Below are positions 1 through 9,437 of a stretch of DNA of 64,000 nucleotides, piece by piece. The DNA lies in NCBI GenBank assembly GCA_963697065.1, contig CAVOMQ010000001.1:770518-834517 (forward strand), written 5' to 3'. Each line of letters opens with the position of its first letter. The first letter of the stretch is position 1. The notes under the pieces are model-generated. The model saw nothing but the letters and a program-made list of their open reading frames with translations, ran no database searches and was not told the DNA's origin. The stretch comes from an uncultured Gemmatimonadales bacterium. Its GTDB lineage: Bacteria > Gemmatimonadota > Gemmatimonadetes > Gemmatimonadales > GWC2-71-9. The position numbers were made by a program, and so were the translations under genes.

Positions 1-1
1 C

Positions 2-1531
2 GAAGCGGCCCAGGGCGGTGGAGGATCCGCTGCACGTGGCGGTGGCGTGTCGGCCATCGACGCGTCGTGGCAGGATGCCGGTGGCGCGTACGTGGCGTTC
101 AATCGCGGACTGGCGCGGAACGCCCCCGATTTCTACCGGACTCACGACTACGGCCGGACCTGGACCCGCATCGTCAACGGCTTGCCGGTCGATCAGGTCA
201 GCGGCAGCTACTCACGAGTGATCCGCGCCGACACCAGACGGGCGGGCCTGCTCTTTGCCGGCACCGAGAGCGGACTCTACGTGTCGTTCGACGACGGCGA
301 CGACTGGCAGCCCTTGATGGCCAATCTCCCGAACACCTCGTATCGCGACATCGCCATCAAGGACAACGATCTCGTCGCGGCGACGTACGGCCGGAGCATC
401 TGGATTCTCGACGACATTTCCGCGTTGCGGCAATTGACTCCGGAGATCGCCGCGGAGCCGGTGCACCTCTTCAAGCCCGGCGACGCCATCCGCGTCCGGC
501 GCAACATGAACACCGGCACGCCATTTCCACCCGAGATTCCCCACGGCGACAATCCTCCGCTCGGCGCGGTGATCTACTATCACCTTGCCGCGCCGGCACA
601 CCATGTGGCGCTCGACGTGCTCGACGCCGCGGGGCACGAAGTCCGGCACTACGCCAGCGATCCGATCCCACCGATTCCCGAACCGCCGCCGCCCGTTCCG
701 GCGCTCTGGATCTATCAGCCCCAGCCGCTTCCCACCACGCCGGGAATGCACCGTCTCGAGTGGGATGTCCGCTACGACGCGCCGCCGGCATTCATTCACT
801 ACATGGCGCACGTGACCGGGGCGGTGCCCGGTGACACCCACTGGGGTCCCGAAGGGCCGTTGGTCCTTCCCGGCTTCTACACGCTGCGTCTCACCGTCGA
901 CGGCGCGGTGTCGACGCAGACGGTCCGCGTCCGCAACGACCCCGGATCGACCGCCACGCCGGCCGACCTCGTCGCGCAGCACGATCTGCAGATGAAGTTG
1001 TACGACGGCGCCAGAGAAGCGTGGGACGGTTTCCAGCAGGTCGCCACGATGCGAGCCGCGATTGCCGCCGTCGTAGCCCGCCCGCCCCCCGCGGCGGTGG
1101 CGGCGGCGGCGGCCGAGCTCGATTCGACGCTGTTGCACATCGGCGGTACCGGCAGGCCCGCTCCGGCTGGACGCGGCGGGCGGGGCGGACGCGGTGCGGC
1201 GCCGGAGCCGGATTTCACCACCCTCAACGGCGTCGAGGCCGAAGAAGGTGCGGTGCTGGTGTCGCTCAACGGACAGCTCAAGGTCATGGACATGTCCGAC
1301 ATGCCACCCAATCCCTCCAAACTGAAGGCGTGGCGGATGGTCTGTTCCGACCTGCGATCGACGGTGCTGGCGTGGCGGGCGGTGAATGACAAGAACTTGC
1401 CGGCGTTCAACGCGCTCTTGTCGCAGAATGGCCTCGCGCCGATTCCGGCGGCCACGCCTGCGTTGGTGCCTCCGGCCTGCGTCGCGTCGGCGCCGTCGAC
1501 CGCCGGGAGAGGCCGCGGCGGCGCGAACTAG
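2..1531 (+). CDS. C-terminal part of a sortilin/VPS10-like BNR (Asp-box) repeat protein; 5' end is outside the window
   Basis: ORF 47..1531 stays open back to base 2. Asp-box-like motifs HDYGRTWTRI and SFDDGDDWQPL. GC-rich third codon positions. Confidence 0.8.
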   Translation, partial: EAAQGGGGSAARGGGVSAIDASWQDAGGAYVAFNRGLARNAPDFYRTHDYGRTWTRIVNGLPVDQVSGSYSRVIRADTRRAGLLFAGTESGLYVSFDDGDDWQPLMANLPNTSYRDIAIKDNDLVAATYGRSIWILDDISALRQLTPEIAAEPVHLFKPGDAIRVRRNMNTGTPFPPEIPHGDNPPLGAVIYYHLAAPAHHVALDVLDAAGHEVRHYASDPIPPIPEPPPPVPALWIYQPQPLPTTPGMHRLEWDVRYDAPPAFIHYMAHVTGAVPGDTHWGPEGPLVLPGFYTLRLTVDGAVSTQTVRVRNDPGSTATPADLVAQHDLQMKLYDGAREAWDGFQQVATMRAAIAAVVARPPPAAVAAAAAELDSTLLHIGGTGRPAPAGRGGRGGRGAAPEPDFTTLNGVEAEEGAVLVSLNGQLKVMDMSDMPPNPSKLKAWRMVCSDLRSTVLAWRAVNDKNLPAFNALLSQNGLAPIPAATPALVPPACVASAPSTAGRGRGGAN

Positions 1532-1570
1532 GCATCCCGGTCGGCGCGCGGTGGCCGCGCGCTGGCCGGA

Positions 1571-2653
1571 CTACGGCGTCGGCGTCACGTACGGCGTTCC
1601 GCCCACCAGTTTGCGGAGTTTCGCCACCTGGGCCGCCGCGTCGTCGCGCGAGGCATACGGGCCCACCTGGACGCGCGTCAGGCCGCGCGGTCCGGAGAGT
1701 TGATACGCCTTGTAACCCGCGTTCTTCAACTGCTTCAGCAACCGGTCGAGCGCGGTGCGATCGCTGATCGCCGCCACCTGCACCCGCCAGTGATCAGCCA
1801 CCGCCGCCGGCTTCGCTCCGGCGGGAGGCTTCCGCACCGGTACCGTCGCCGGCGGTGCGATCGGCTTGCCCGGCGGCGGCTGGTGCGCGGCGCCGGCGTC
1901 GGCCGGCGCACGGCGTGTCGTGTCGGCCCGGAGACGATGCGTCGTGTCGCCGCGCGCCGTGGTGTCGCGGCGCTGCGTCGTGTCCCGAGGCTGCGCGGCG
2001 TGTTGTGTCGTGTCGCGATGCGCCGTGTCACCCGCCGGCGGCTTGGCTCGCAGCGACTCGGGGACCTGCGGCACGACCTCCAGCCCCGGGCTGATCACGC
2101 AGCGCTGTTTGGCGAACGTGAGTTGATTGCGCAACTCGATGTCATCGCCCACCAGGTCGAGCCCCTTGCCCAGCCACGTACACGCCAGCTGCAGGTGCTG
2201 TCGCTCGAACGCCGCCCGCGCGCCCCACAGCGCCGCCGTCGCCAGAATCGGCGACGCCGGGTAATCGCTGAACAGCCGCGCCACCCGCTGTTCGACCGCG
2301 TCGAGATTGCCGGTGCCGTAATCGAGTTGTGCCAACCGCAGCAGCGCCTTGTCGGCCCAGCGCGAGTGGGGATAGTCGACGGTGATGCGCACATAGTCCT
2401 CGCGCGTCTCGTCACCGCTCCTGGCGACGATGGCGGCGGTGTACAACGCCTCCGGGTAGCTGCTGTCGGCCGGCGAGAGCCTGGCCAGGCGGGCCGCGAT
2501 CAGCGCGCGCGCGGAATCGGGATACCCCTCCTGGTCGAGCCGCACCACTTCCTGGAATTGGGGATTCGTGGGCTGCAGCGGCATCTGTGCCGCGAGCGGT
2601 GGCGCAAGCAGCGCCGCCGCGGCCAGCGGAACGAGCACGTGCCAACGCGTCAT
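1571..2653 (-). CDS. SPOR-domain protein with signal peptide and TPR-like N-terminal region
   Basis: ATG at 2653 gives MTRWHVLVPLAAAALLAPPLAAQ. C-terminus is SPOR-like (WRVQVAAISDRTALDRLLKQLKNAGYKAYQ...GPYASRDDAAAQVAKL). The upstream part of the 642-aa ORF overlaps holA and looks spurious. ATGA overlap with the holA stop. Confidence 0.85.
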   Translation of the reverse strand: MTRWHVLVPLAAAALLAPPLAAQMPLQPTNPQFQEVVRLDQEGYPDSARALIAARLARLSPADSSYPEALYTAAIVARSGDETREDYVRITVDYPHSRWADKALLRLAQLDYGTGNLDAVEQRVARLFSDYPASPILATAALWGARAAFERQHLQLACTWLGKGLDLVGDDIELRNQLTFAKQRCVISPGLEVVPQVPESLRAKPPAGDTAHRDTTQHAAQPRDTTQRRDTTARGDTTHRLRADTTRRAPADAGAAHQPPPGKPIAPPATVPVRKPPAGAKPAAVADHWRVQVAAISDRTALDRLLKQLKNAGYKAYQLSGPRGLTRVQVGPYASRDDAAAQVAKLRKLVGGTPYVTPTP

Positions 2654-3717
2654 GCCGCTCGCTCCAGCCGCGACGCCGCCAACGCCAGCACGAGATCGGT
2701 CACGATACCAGTCTCGTCGGAGACCCCGGTGTTCTTCAACGCCATGTCGGCGGCAAGCGCCGCTGCGATCGCCCCGCGGATTCGTCGCGCCGGCCAGTGA
2801 GCCGCCACCTCCGCCACCAGGTGCGCCGCCGGACCATAGCTCCCCACCGCCGGCCGGACCCGGAAGCAGAGATCGGTCACGGTCCGCGCCAGCGCCTCGC
2901 CGCGCAGCCGCTTCCGCTCCGCCATCGCCCGTGCCCAGCCGAGCAGCAGCAGGGAAGAGCCAAGCAGCGTCACCAGCCGCACGCCGGAAACACCGCTCGT
3001 CTCCAGCAGGCGCGGCAGCAGCGTGACGGCGCGACCCGTCTCGTCCCGCAGTACCGCGTCGCGCCAATCGTCGGGTGTCTCGCCGAAACGCACTCCGACC
3101 AGGGCCCCCACCGTGTCGCGGTCGATCGGCTCGGTGCCCGGGAGACCGGAGAGTTTCTGGATTTCGGCGTGCAGGCTTCCCAGGTCGCCGCCGGTGGCGC
3201 GGACCAGGTGTTCGCGGGCCGTCGGCTCCAGCGCAACGCCCGCCGCCGCAAGGCGATCGTCGAGCCAACGGTCGAGTGCGTCGCCAGTGGGGGCGTTGCA
3301 GTCGACGAGGACCGCGTGCCGCGCGAGGTCCGCGTCGGGATCGTCGTCGTTTCCCTGGACCATCACCAGCACCGTTTCGGGCGACGGATGTTCCAGGTAC
3401 GCCACCGCCGCGCCCTTCGCCTTTGTCTTCCGCTTCCACGCCTCGACGTCCCGCAATACCACCACCCGATGCTCGGCCATCATCGGCAGCGTCGCGCACG
3501 CGGCGGCCAGTCCTTCGGGGTCGACCTGCGCGGCCGACACGATGTCGAGATTGAAGTCGCGCAGGCCGGGGTCGAGCACGATGTCGACGATCGCCGCGAG
3601 GGCGTCGTCCTTGAGCAGCCCCTCGCTCCCGGCGAGGTAATACACCGGCGCCGGCGCCCCCTTGCCGAGGGCGGAACGCAAACGGACGGGATCGAGCCGC
3701 GCGGCCATGACGGGCAA
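2650..3717 (-). CDS. holA: DNA polymerase III delta subunit
   Basis: 355-aa ORF with holA-like layout (PVYYLAGSEGLLKDDAL..., MMAEHRVVVLRDVEAW, C-terminal helical domain). Sits between the NUDIX and SPOR genes on the same strand. Confidence 0.8.
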   Translation of the reverse strand: MPVMAARLDPVRLRSALGKGAPAPVYYLAGSEGLLKDDALAAIVDIVLDPGLRDFNLDIVSAAQVDPEGLAAACATLPMMAEHRVVVLRDVEAWKRKTKAKGAAVAYLEHPSPETVLVMVQGNDDDPDADLARHAVLVDCNAPTGDALDRWLDDRLAAAGVALEPTAREHLVRATGGDLGSLHAEIQKLSGLPGTEPIDRDTVGALVGVRFGETPDDWRDAVLRDETGRAVTLLPRLLETSGVSGVRLVTLLGSSLLLLGWARAMAERKRLRGEALARTVTDLCFRVRPAVGSYGPAAHLVAEVAAHWPARRIRGAIAAALAADMALKNTGVSDETGIVTDLVLALAASRLERAA

Positions 3718-3718
3718 T

Positions 3719-4273
3719 CTACGACGGTCGTCCCCCGCCGCGTATCACCGCCGCGACGTAGAGCAGCGCCACCAGCGTCTTCGCGTCCGTGATGTCCCCG
3801 TCCCGCACCATCGCCATCACCCGCGACCAGTGCAGCTCGTGGCGCTCCAGAACCTCGTCCGGCTCGAGCGCCGTCTCCCCAGGCTCGAGCCCCGTGGCCA
3901 GGTAGAGATGGATCTGCTCGTCGGTGAACCCGGGCGTGGTCCAGATCTTCGTGAGCGGCAGCAGCGTCCGGCAGCGATAGCCGGTTTCTTCGGTCAGCTC
4001 GCGCCGGGCGGTCGCCTCCGGCGCTTCGCCGGGATCACGCCGGCCCGCCGGAATCTCCCAGCAATAGCCGTCCGTGGCGTGGCGGAACTGCCGCAGCAGG
4101 ATCAGCCGCGGATCGTCGTCGCGCGGATCGTCGAGCAATGGCACCACGGCGGCCGCACCCGGGTGGCGCAGCATTTCGAGCGTGCCGACCACGCCGTTCG
4201 GATACCGGACGGTGTCGAGATCGAGCGAGACGATCCGACCGGAGTAAATGCGCTCGGATTCGAGAAGGGTCAC
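3719..4273 (-). CDS. NUDIX hydrolase (ADP-ribose pyrophosphatase-like)
   Basis: Complete Nudix box GRRDPGEAPEATARRELTEETGY fits GX5EX7REUXEEXGU. Confidence 0.9.
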   Translation of the reverse strand: MTLLESERIYSGRIVSLDLDTVRYPNGVVGTLEMLRHPGAAAVVPLLDDPRDDDPRLILLRQFRHATDGYCWEIPAGRRDPGEAPEATARRELTEETGYRCRTLLPLTKIWTTPGFTDEQIHLYLATGLEPGETALEPDEVLERHELHWSRVMAMVRDGDITDAKTLVALLYVAAVIRGGGRPS

Positions 4274-4344
4274 GGCGTCTGCGGTTGAGGTTCAGGGAAT
4301 AGTAGCGGCGAGAGCGCCCACGGCCTCCGGCCCGTGGTGCGCTG

Positions 4345-7011
4345 CTATTCCAGCACTCTCCGCACCTCGGTTCGCATCGCCCTTCTCGCCGGCAGATATC
4401 CCGCCGTGGTCCCGATCAGCACCAGCATCGCCGCCACGGTGGCGAGGACGACCGGATCGAGCGGACTGAGGTGGAACACCATCGTGGCCATGAGTCGCGA
4501 CAGCGGTACCGCGCCCGCCAGTCCCAGCGCCACACCGGCCGCCGCCATCGCCAGCGCCTGCGCCAGTACCGACCGGAGCAGCCGTTCCGGCGTGGCGCCG
4601 AGAGCCAACCGCACCCCGAACTCCTGGCTCCGCAACCGCACGCCGTACGACAGCACGCCGAAGACGCCCAGTGCGGCCAGCAGCAACGCCGTCGCCGCGA
4701 ACGCCAGCAACACCTTGAGCGTAAACGCCCGCTGCGACGTCCCCTGTCCGACCGCGTCTTCCAGCGGCATCGCCTGATCCATCACCAGCTGCGGGTCGAT
4801 CGCCGCGAGTGCACGCCGGATCGCGGTGGCGGCGACGCCGGACGGAAGCGACGTCGACACGGCTTCGAACAGTGCCCAGTTCCTGTCGCCCGAGAATTGA
4901 TCGTGCGAGTGATACACGTAGAACGCCGGCGTCCCGAGCGGATCGAGCGCGCCGTCCGCCACGACGCCGATCACCTGGCTGGTGTGGTCGCCGCTCCGGA
5001 GCCGCTGTCCCAGCGGTGAGACGCCGGGAAAGAGCCGCTTGGCGAAATTCTCGCCGATCACCACACGGTCGGCCGCCAACGGGGTGTCACCGTCGTCGAA
5101 CGTTCGCCCCGCCACGAGGTGAACGCCCGCGGCGGCGAAGTAACCCGGTGTCACGATCCGCTGTTCCGCTTCCGACTGGGCCTGTTGCGTTCCCACCAGC
5201 GGCCCCGTCAGCGCCCGCACTCCCCAGCTGTTGTAACTCCCCGTGGCGGGCAGCTTCGACGTGGCGCCCGCAGCGCGCACGCCCGGAATCGCCGTGATCG
5301 CGGCGTCGAATCGGCGATGGAACGTGCTCCGTGCCAGCGAGTCGTACCGCACGCTGGGGAGATGCACCTGGAACGTGAAGACGTGTTGCGGCGTGATGCC
5401 GAGCGGGAGACTCTGGAGCGCGCGAAAGGAGGCGACGAGCAATCCGGCGCCGCTCAGCAGCACGAACGCCAGTCCGATCTGCACCACCACCAGCGTGGCG
5501 CGGAGCCGCCCCTGACGGCGATCGCCTGTTGCCGTCCTGCCGTGCCGCCGGAGTACCTCGGCCGGCTCGGTCCGGCCGGCGCGCCACGCCGGCGCGAGTC
5601 CGAACAGGACGGCGCTCAAGGCCGTCACCATCACGGTGAACGCCAGCAATGGTACGCTCAGTCCGAGGTGGTCCAGGCGTGGCACCGACCCCGCGCCAAG
5701 TGCCACGATCGCGGCCATCAATCCACGCGCCGCGGGCAACGCCAGCACCGCACCCGCGGCCGCCAGCACCAGGCTTTCGGTCAGCAGCTGGCGCACCAGC
5801 CGGCCGCGCCTGGCACCGAGTGCGGTGCGCATCGCGAATTCGCGCGAGCGTTCCGAGCTCCGCACCAGCAGCAGATTGGCGACGTTGACGCACACCAGCA
5901 GCAGCACCAGTCCCACCGCACCGACGATGAGCGCCAACGATCCACGAGTGCCGCCGACGATGTCGTCCTTGAGCGGATAGAGCCGCGCCCGCATATGCTG
6001 TTCGCCGTTGCTGAACAGTTTCCCGAAGTCGATGCTCACCGCGTCCAGCTCCGCCTGGGCGCGCGCCAATGACACCCCCGGACCCAGCCGGCCGATCACC
6101 GAGAGATAGTGATTGTCGGCGTTGCTGATGTCGTTGCCCGGCGTCAGATCGAGCGGCACCCACGCGTCGACATCGCGGCCGGTCAGCGGATCGGCAAACC
6201 CGGCCGGCATGACACCGACGATGGTGTGCGGCACCCCGCTCATCACCAACGCCCGACCGATCACTCCCGGGTCGCCGCGAAAACGGCTACGCCACAGGCT
6301 GTTGCTGAGAATCACCACCGGACTCCCGGGCGCCTGGTCGCTGTTGGTGCCGATGTCCTCGTCGGGCGTGAATGGACGGCCCAGCATCGGTGGCGTGTGC
6401 AGCACGTCGAAATAGCCGGCGCTGACGATCTCGGTACGGATCCGCCGCACATCGTTCCCCTGGCCGATGTCGGCGCCGGTCCGGTCATAGAGATTGAGGG
6501 CCGCGAGACTCTGCAGCGACGACACCCGCTGCTGATACACCAGGAAGTGCACCGGTGTCACGACGTTCCGACCGGCGGGGTCGTCGTCGCTGTGCTGATA
6601 GAGGCGCACCAACTGTCCGGGATTCTGATACGGCAGCGGCCGCAGGATGACGGTGTCGAACGTGCTGAAGACGGCGGTGGTGGCCGCGATGCCGAGCGCA
6701 ATCGTCGCCACCGCGACCAGGGTGAAACCCGGCCGGGATCGCAGCGTCCGCAGCGCATAGCGCACGTCGCCGCCGAAATCGGTGGCGCCGCGGACGCCGC
6801 GCGCGTCGCGGACATCCTCCTTGATCCGCTCCACGCCGCCGAACGCCGCCGCGCTCCGGCGCCGTGCCTCCGCCGGATCGAGGCCTCCGCGCGTTCGCGC
6901 TGCGGCCTCCATGTCGACGTGAAACCGCAGCTCCTCGTCCAGCTCGCGCTCGTCGCGCCGGCGGAAGAGCAGCGCGCGCACCCGCTCCGACCAGTCGCTC
7001 CACACGCTCAT
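4345..7011 (-). CDS. ADOP-type duplicated MacB/FtsX-like ABC permease
   Basis: ATG at 7011 (MSVWSDWSERVRALLFRRRDERELDEELRFHVDMEAA), the typical ADOP N-terminus. Two FtsX-like 4-TM modules. ATGA overlap with the padR stop. The 1015-aa ORF extension is spurious. Confidence 0.9.
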   Translation of the reverse strand: MSVWSDWSERVRALLFRRRDERELDEELRFHVDMEAAARTRGGLDPAEARRRSAAAFGGVERIKEDVRDARGVRGATDFGGDVRYALRTLRSRPGFTLVAVATIALGIAATTAVFSTFDTVILRPLPYQNPGQLVRLYQHSDDDPAGRNVVTPVHFLVYQQRVSSLQSLAALNLYDRTGADIGQGNDVRRIRTEIVSAGYFDVLHTPPMLGRPFTPDEDIGTNSDQAPGSPVVILSNSLWRSRFRGDPGVIGRALVMSGVPHTIVGVMPAGFADPLTGRDVDAWVPLDLTPGNDISNADNHYLSVIGRLGPGVSLARAQAELDAVSIDFGKLFSNGEQHMRARLYPLKDDIVGGTRGSLALIVGAVGLVLLLVCVNVANLLLVRSSERSREFAMRTALGARRGRLVRQLLTESLVLAAAGAVLALPAARGLMAAIVALGAGSVPRLDHLGLSVPLLAFTVMVTALSAVLFGLAPAWRAGRTEPAEVLRRHGRTATGDRRQGRLRATLVVVQIGLAFVLLSGAGLLVASFRALQSLPLGITPQHVFTFQVHLPSVRYDSLARSTFHRRFDAAITAIPGVRAAGATSKLPATGSYNSWGVRALTGPLVGTQQAQSEAEQRIVTPGYFAAAGVHLVAGRTFDDGDTPLAADRVVIGENFAKRLFPGVSPLGQRLRSGDHTSQVIGVVADGALDPLGTPAFYVYHSHDQFSGDRNWALFEAVSTSLPSGVAATAIRRALAAIDPQLVMDQAMPLEDAVGQGTSQRAFTLKVLLAFAATALLLAALGVFGVLSYGVRLRSQEFGVRLALGATPERLLRSVLAQALAMAAAGVALGLAGAVPLSRLMATMVFHLSPLDPVVLATVAAMLVLIGTTAGYLPARRAMRTEVRRVLE

Positions 7012-7349
7012 GCGACACCTCCGGCCACATGATGGGCGTCCAGGACCCAGTTGATCGCGGTGCTCGCCCGGCGCCACTGGGCGCGGTCCTGCTCCAGCTG
7101 GCGATGCCCGGCGGCGGTGAGGGCGTAGTAGCGCGCCCGGCGCCCCGATTCGGTGGTGCGCCACGAGCTGGTCACCAGTCCGCGTCGCTTGAGGCGGATC
7201 AACGCGGGATAGAGCGATCCCTGCGGCACCAGGAAGACCTCGCGCGAGAGGCTCTGGATCCGCTGCGCAATGCCCCAGCCGTGCATCGGCTCGAGGGCGA
7301 GGGTCTTGAGCACCAGCAGGTCGAGGGTGCCTTGCAGTACGTCGGCCAT
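7008..7349 (-). CDS. PadR family transcriptional regulator
   Basis: LDLLVLKTLALEPMHGWGIAQRI...GSLYPALIRLKRRGLV winged-helix signature. Classic PadR-then-ADOP-permease pairing. Confidence 0.9.
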   Translation of the reverse strand: MADVLQGTLDLLVLKTLALEPMHGWGIAQRIQSLSREVFLVPQGSLYPALIRLKRRGLVTSSWRTTESGRRARYYALTAAGHRQLEQDRAQWRRASTAINWVLDAHHVAGGVA

Positions 7350-7400
7350 CGGTCGTCTCTCCTTCAGGACGTCTGAAGGTAAGACACCTCACCGGGCGAT

Positions 7401-7449
7401 GGGGTTGCAGGGGGAGGGCGGCCCGGGGCTCAGGGCTCAGCGCCCTGGG
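7401..7449 (+). repeat. G-tract cluster including GGGCTCA heptads (G-quadruplex-prone)
   Basis: GGGGTTGCAGGGGGAGGGCGGCCCGGGGCTCAGGGCTCAGCGCCCTGGG lies in the gap between the beta-CASP stop (7456) and the padR start (7349). Confidence 0.8.
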
Positions 7450-7455
7450 CGCCTT

Positions 7456-8844
7456 TCAGGCGATCTCGAACCGCTCTCCCTGCTTCGGCACGTGCACCTC
7501 CTTGACCCCTTCCTCGGTCAGGATCTGCGCCATTCCCTGCAGTGCGTCCGGTTCGCCGTGCACACAGAACGCCCTGGTGATCGGTCCGCCCAGGTCCTTC
7601 ACCCACCGCCGCAACTCGTCGCGGCCGGCGTGCGCCGAATAGCCGTCGACCGTCGTCACCTCGGCCTGCACATGATAGCTGTCGCCGAGGATGTGCACGT
7701 CCTTGACCCCGTCCTGCAGTTTCCGCCCCAGCGTGTGGACCGCCTGATAGCCGACCAGCATGATGCAGTTCTTCGGATCGGTGCAGTGATTGGCCAGGTG
7801 GTGCGTCACGCGGCCGTTCTCCGCCATGCCTGACGCGGAGATGATGATCGCCGGTCCCTTGAGCGTGTTGAGCTTCTTCGAATCCTCGACGTCGCGAACG
7901 TACGTCACCAGGTGGTAGTCGAACAGGTTGTCGCCGCTGTTCACCAGCGCCTCGTTGTGATCGTACAGTTCGGGGTGCATCCGGAAGACGGCCGTGGCGT
8001 CGACCGCCAGCGGCGAATCGATGTAGATCGGGATCTGCGGAATTGTGCCGGCACGTGCCAGCTCGTGCAGCCGGTACACCATTTCCTGCGTGCGCCCGAT
8101 GGCGAACGCCGGGATGATGATGATGCCCTGGCGCGCCGCCACGCGATTGACGATTTCGCCGAGATGTTTTTCGGCATCGGCCGACGTGTCGTGATTCCGG
8201 AGCGCGTAGGTGCTTTCCACGATCAGCGTGTCGATGGCGCCGGTGGGGCCGGTCGGATCACGGATGATCGCCTGTCCCCAGCGCCCGATGTCGCCCGAGA
8301 ACACCAGCCGGTGCGCCGGCTGGGTGAACTGCACCTCGACGTTGGCGCTGCCGAGGATGTGCCCGGCGTCGCGGTACGTCACGGTCAGATCGCCGACGCG
8401 GAACGGCCGCAGATAGGGATGACACTCCATCAGCGACTCCGCCTTCACGGCGTCGTCCACCGTGTACAGTGGTTCCGGCGGAATCGGTGTGCGGCCCTTG
8501 CGCCGCAGCCACTTGGCGTCCGATTCCTGGATGTGGGCCGAGTCGGCCAGCATCGGTGCGCAGAGATCGCGGGTGGCTGGCGTGGCGTAGATCGGACCGT
8601 CGTATTGCCGGCGCGCCAGCAACGGCAGCCGGCCGGAGTGATCGATGTGCGCATGGCTCAGGACGACGCCGTCGAGGCGCCGCGGATCGAAGCCGAACAC
8701 GGCGTTGAGCCGTGCCGCCTCGTCCCGGTCGCCCTGGAACATTCCGCAGTCGAGCAGCACCTGATGGCCCGACCATTCGAGCATGTGGCACGAACCGGTG
8801 ACCTGGCCCGCGGCACCCCAGAACGTGATGGCAATACCGCTCAC
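7456..8844 (-). CDS. MBL-fold beta-CASP hydrolase (RNase J/CPSF-like), catalytically intact
   Basis: GTG at 8844 (VSGIAITFWGAAGQVTGSC). Motifs HAHIDHSG, AGHILGSA, SGDIGR, ESTY, SAHAG and VHGE are all present. GTGA overlap with the DUF218 stop. Confidence 0.9.
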   Translation of the reverse strand: MSGIAITFWGAAGQVTGSCHMLEWSGHQVLLDCGMFQGDRDEAARLNAVFGFDPRRLDGVVLSHAHIDHSGRLPLLARRQYDGPIYATPATRDLCAPMLADSAHIQESDAKWLRRKGRTPIPPEPLYTVDDAVKAESLMECHPYLRPFRVGDLTVTYRDAGHILGSANVEVQFTQPAHRLVFSGDIGRWGQAIIRDPTGPTGAIDTLIVESTYALRNHDTSADAEKHLGEIVNRVAARQGIIIIPAFAIGRTQEMVYRLHELARAGTIPQIPIYIDSPLAVDATAVFRMHPELYDHNEALVNSGDNLFDYHLVTYVRDVEDSKKLNTLKGPAIIISASGMAENGRVTHHLANHCTDPKNCIMLVGYQAVHTLGRKLQDGVKDVHILGDSYHVQAEVTTVDGYSAHAGRDELRRWVKDLGGPITRAFCVHGEPDALQGMAQILTEEGVKEVHVPKQGERFEIA

Positions 8845-9437
8845 GAGAAGAAATCCTGGATGAGGACGATGGGAAGCTTGGCCGCTTCCTGGCAGAAGTA
8901 CCAGAGTTGCAGTCCGCGATTGGCGGAAATGGGCGACGTACGCGTGGGAGAAGTGAACGGGACCAGGCCAACGTGGCGGGCATCGAGGCGGAGGCGCGCC
9001 AGGTGGAACGGATCGCTCACCAGCACCACCCGCACCCGGCCCGTGCCCCGGAGATAGGCGGCCACCGCCTCGAGCGAAGCCGCCGTCGAACGGCCCACCG
9101 GTTGCACGGCGATGGAGTCCGCTGGCAGCCCGGCTGCCACCAGGTACCGCTGTCCCGCGGTCGCTTCGCTTACCCGGTCGCCGGGGGCCAGGCCGCCGGT
9201 GACGACGACGATCGGGGCATCGTGGCGGCGATAGAGTTCGGCGGCGTGATCGAGACGCGCCTTGAAGACCGGCGAGGGCCGACCGTTGTACTGCGCGGCA
9301 CCGAGGACGACGATCGCGTCGGCCGGGCGCGCCTGGTCGACCGACGCGGCCCGTACGACGGCCGCGAGCGACACCAGATAGCAGACGACGGCGACGGAGA
9401 GTGCACCCGCGACCCACCGCCCGGCGCGCCCCTTCAG
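8841..9437 (-). CDS. DUF218 (YdcF/SanA-like) membrane-anchored protein; start uncertain
   Basis: DUF218 core AIVVLGAAQYNGRPSPVFKARLDHAAELY...VVTGG...LVSDPFHLARL after one TM helix. No in-frame ATG, GTG or TTG precedes the TM helix. A CTG at 9437 forms a CTGA overlap with the upstream stop. Confidence 0.7.
   Translation of the reverse strand: MKGRAGRWVAGALSVAVVCYLVSLAAVVRAASVDQARPADAIVVLGAAQYNGRPSPVFKARLDHAAELYRRHDAPIVVVTGGLAPGDRVSEATAGQRYLVAAGLPADSIAVQPVGRSTAASLEAVAAYLRGTGRVRVVLVSDPFHLARLRLDARHVGLVPFTSPTRTSPISANRGLQLWYFCQEAAKLPIVLIQDFFS

Noticed and set aside
1571-3499. Long N-terminal extensions in the ORF track: 1571..3499, 4345..7392, 7456..9417, 8841..10676, 48529..51507, 45982..48357 and 41515..42594
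   Set aside because: The extensions overlap upstream genes or regulatory DNA and translate to low-complexity sequence. Internal starts with signal peptides, an RBS, or ATGA/GTGA coupling give proteins of the expected family length.
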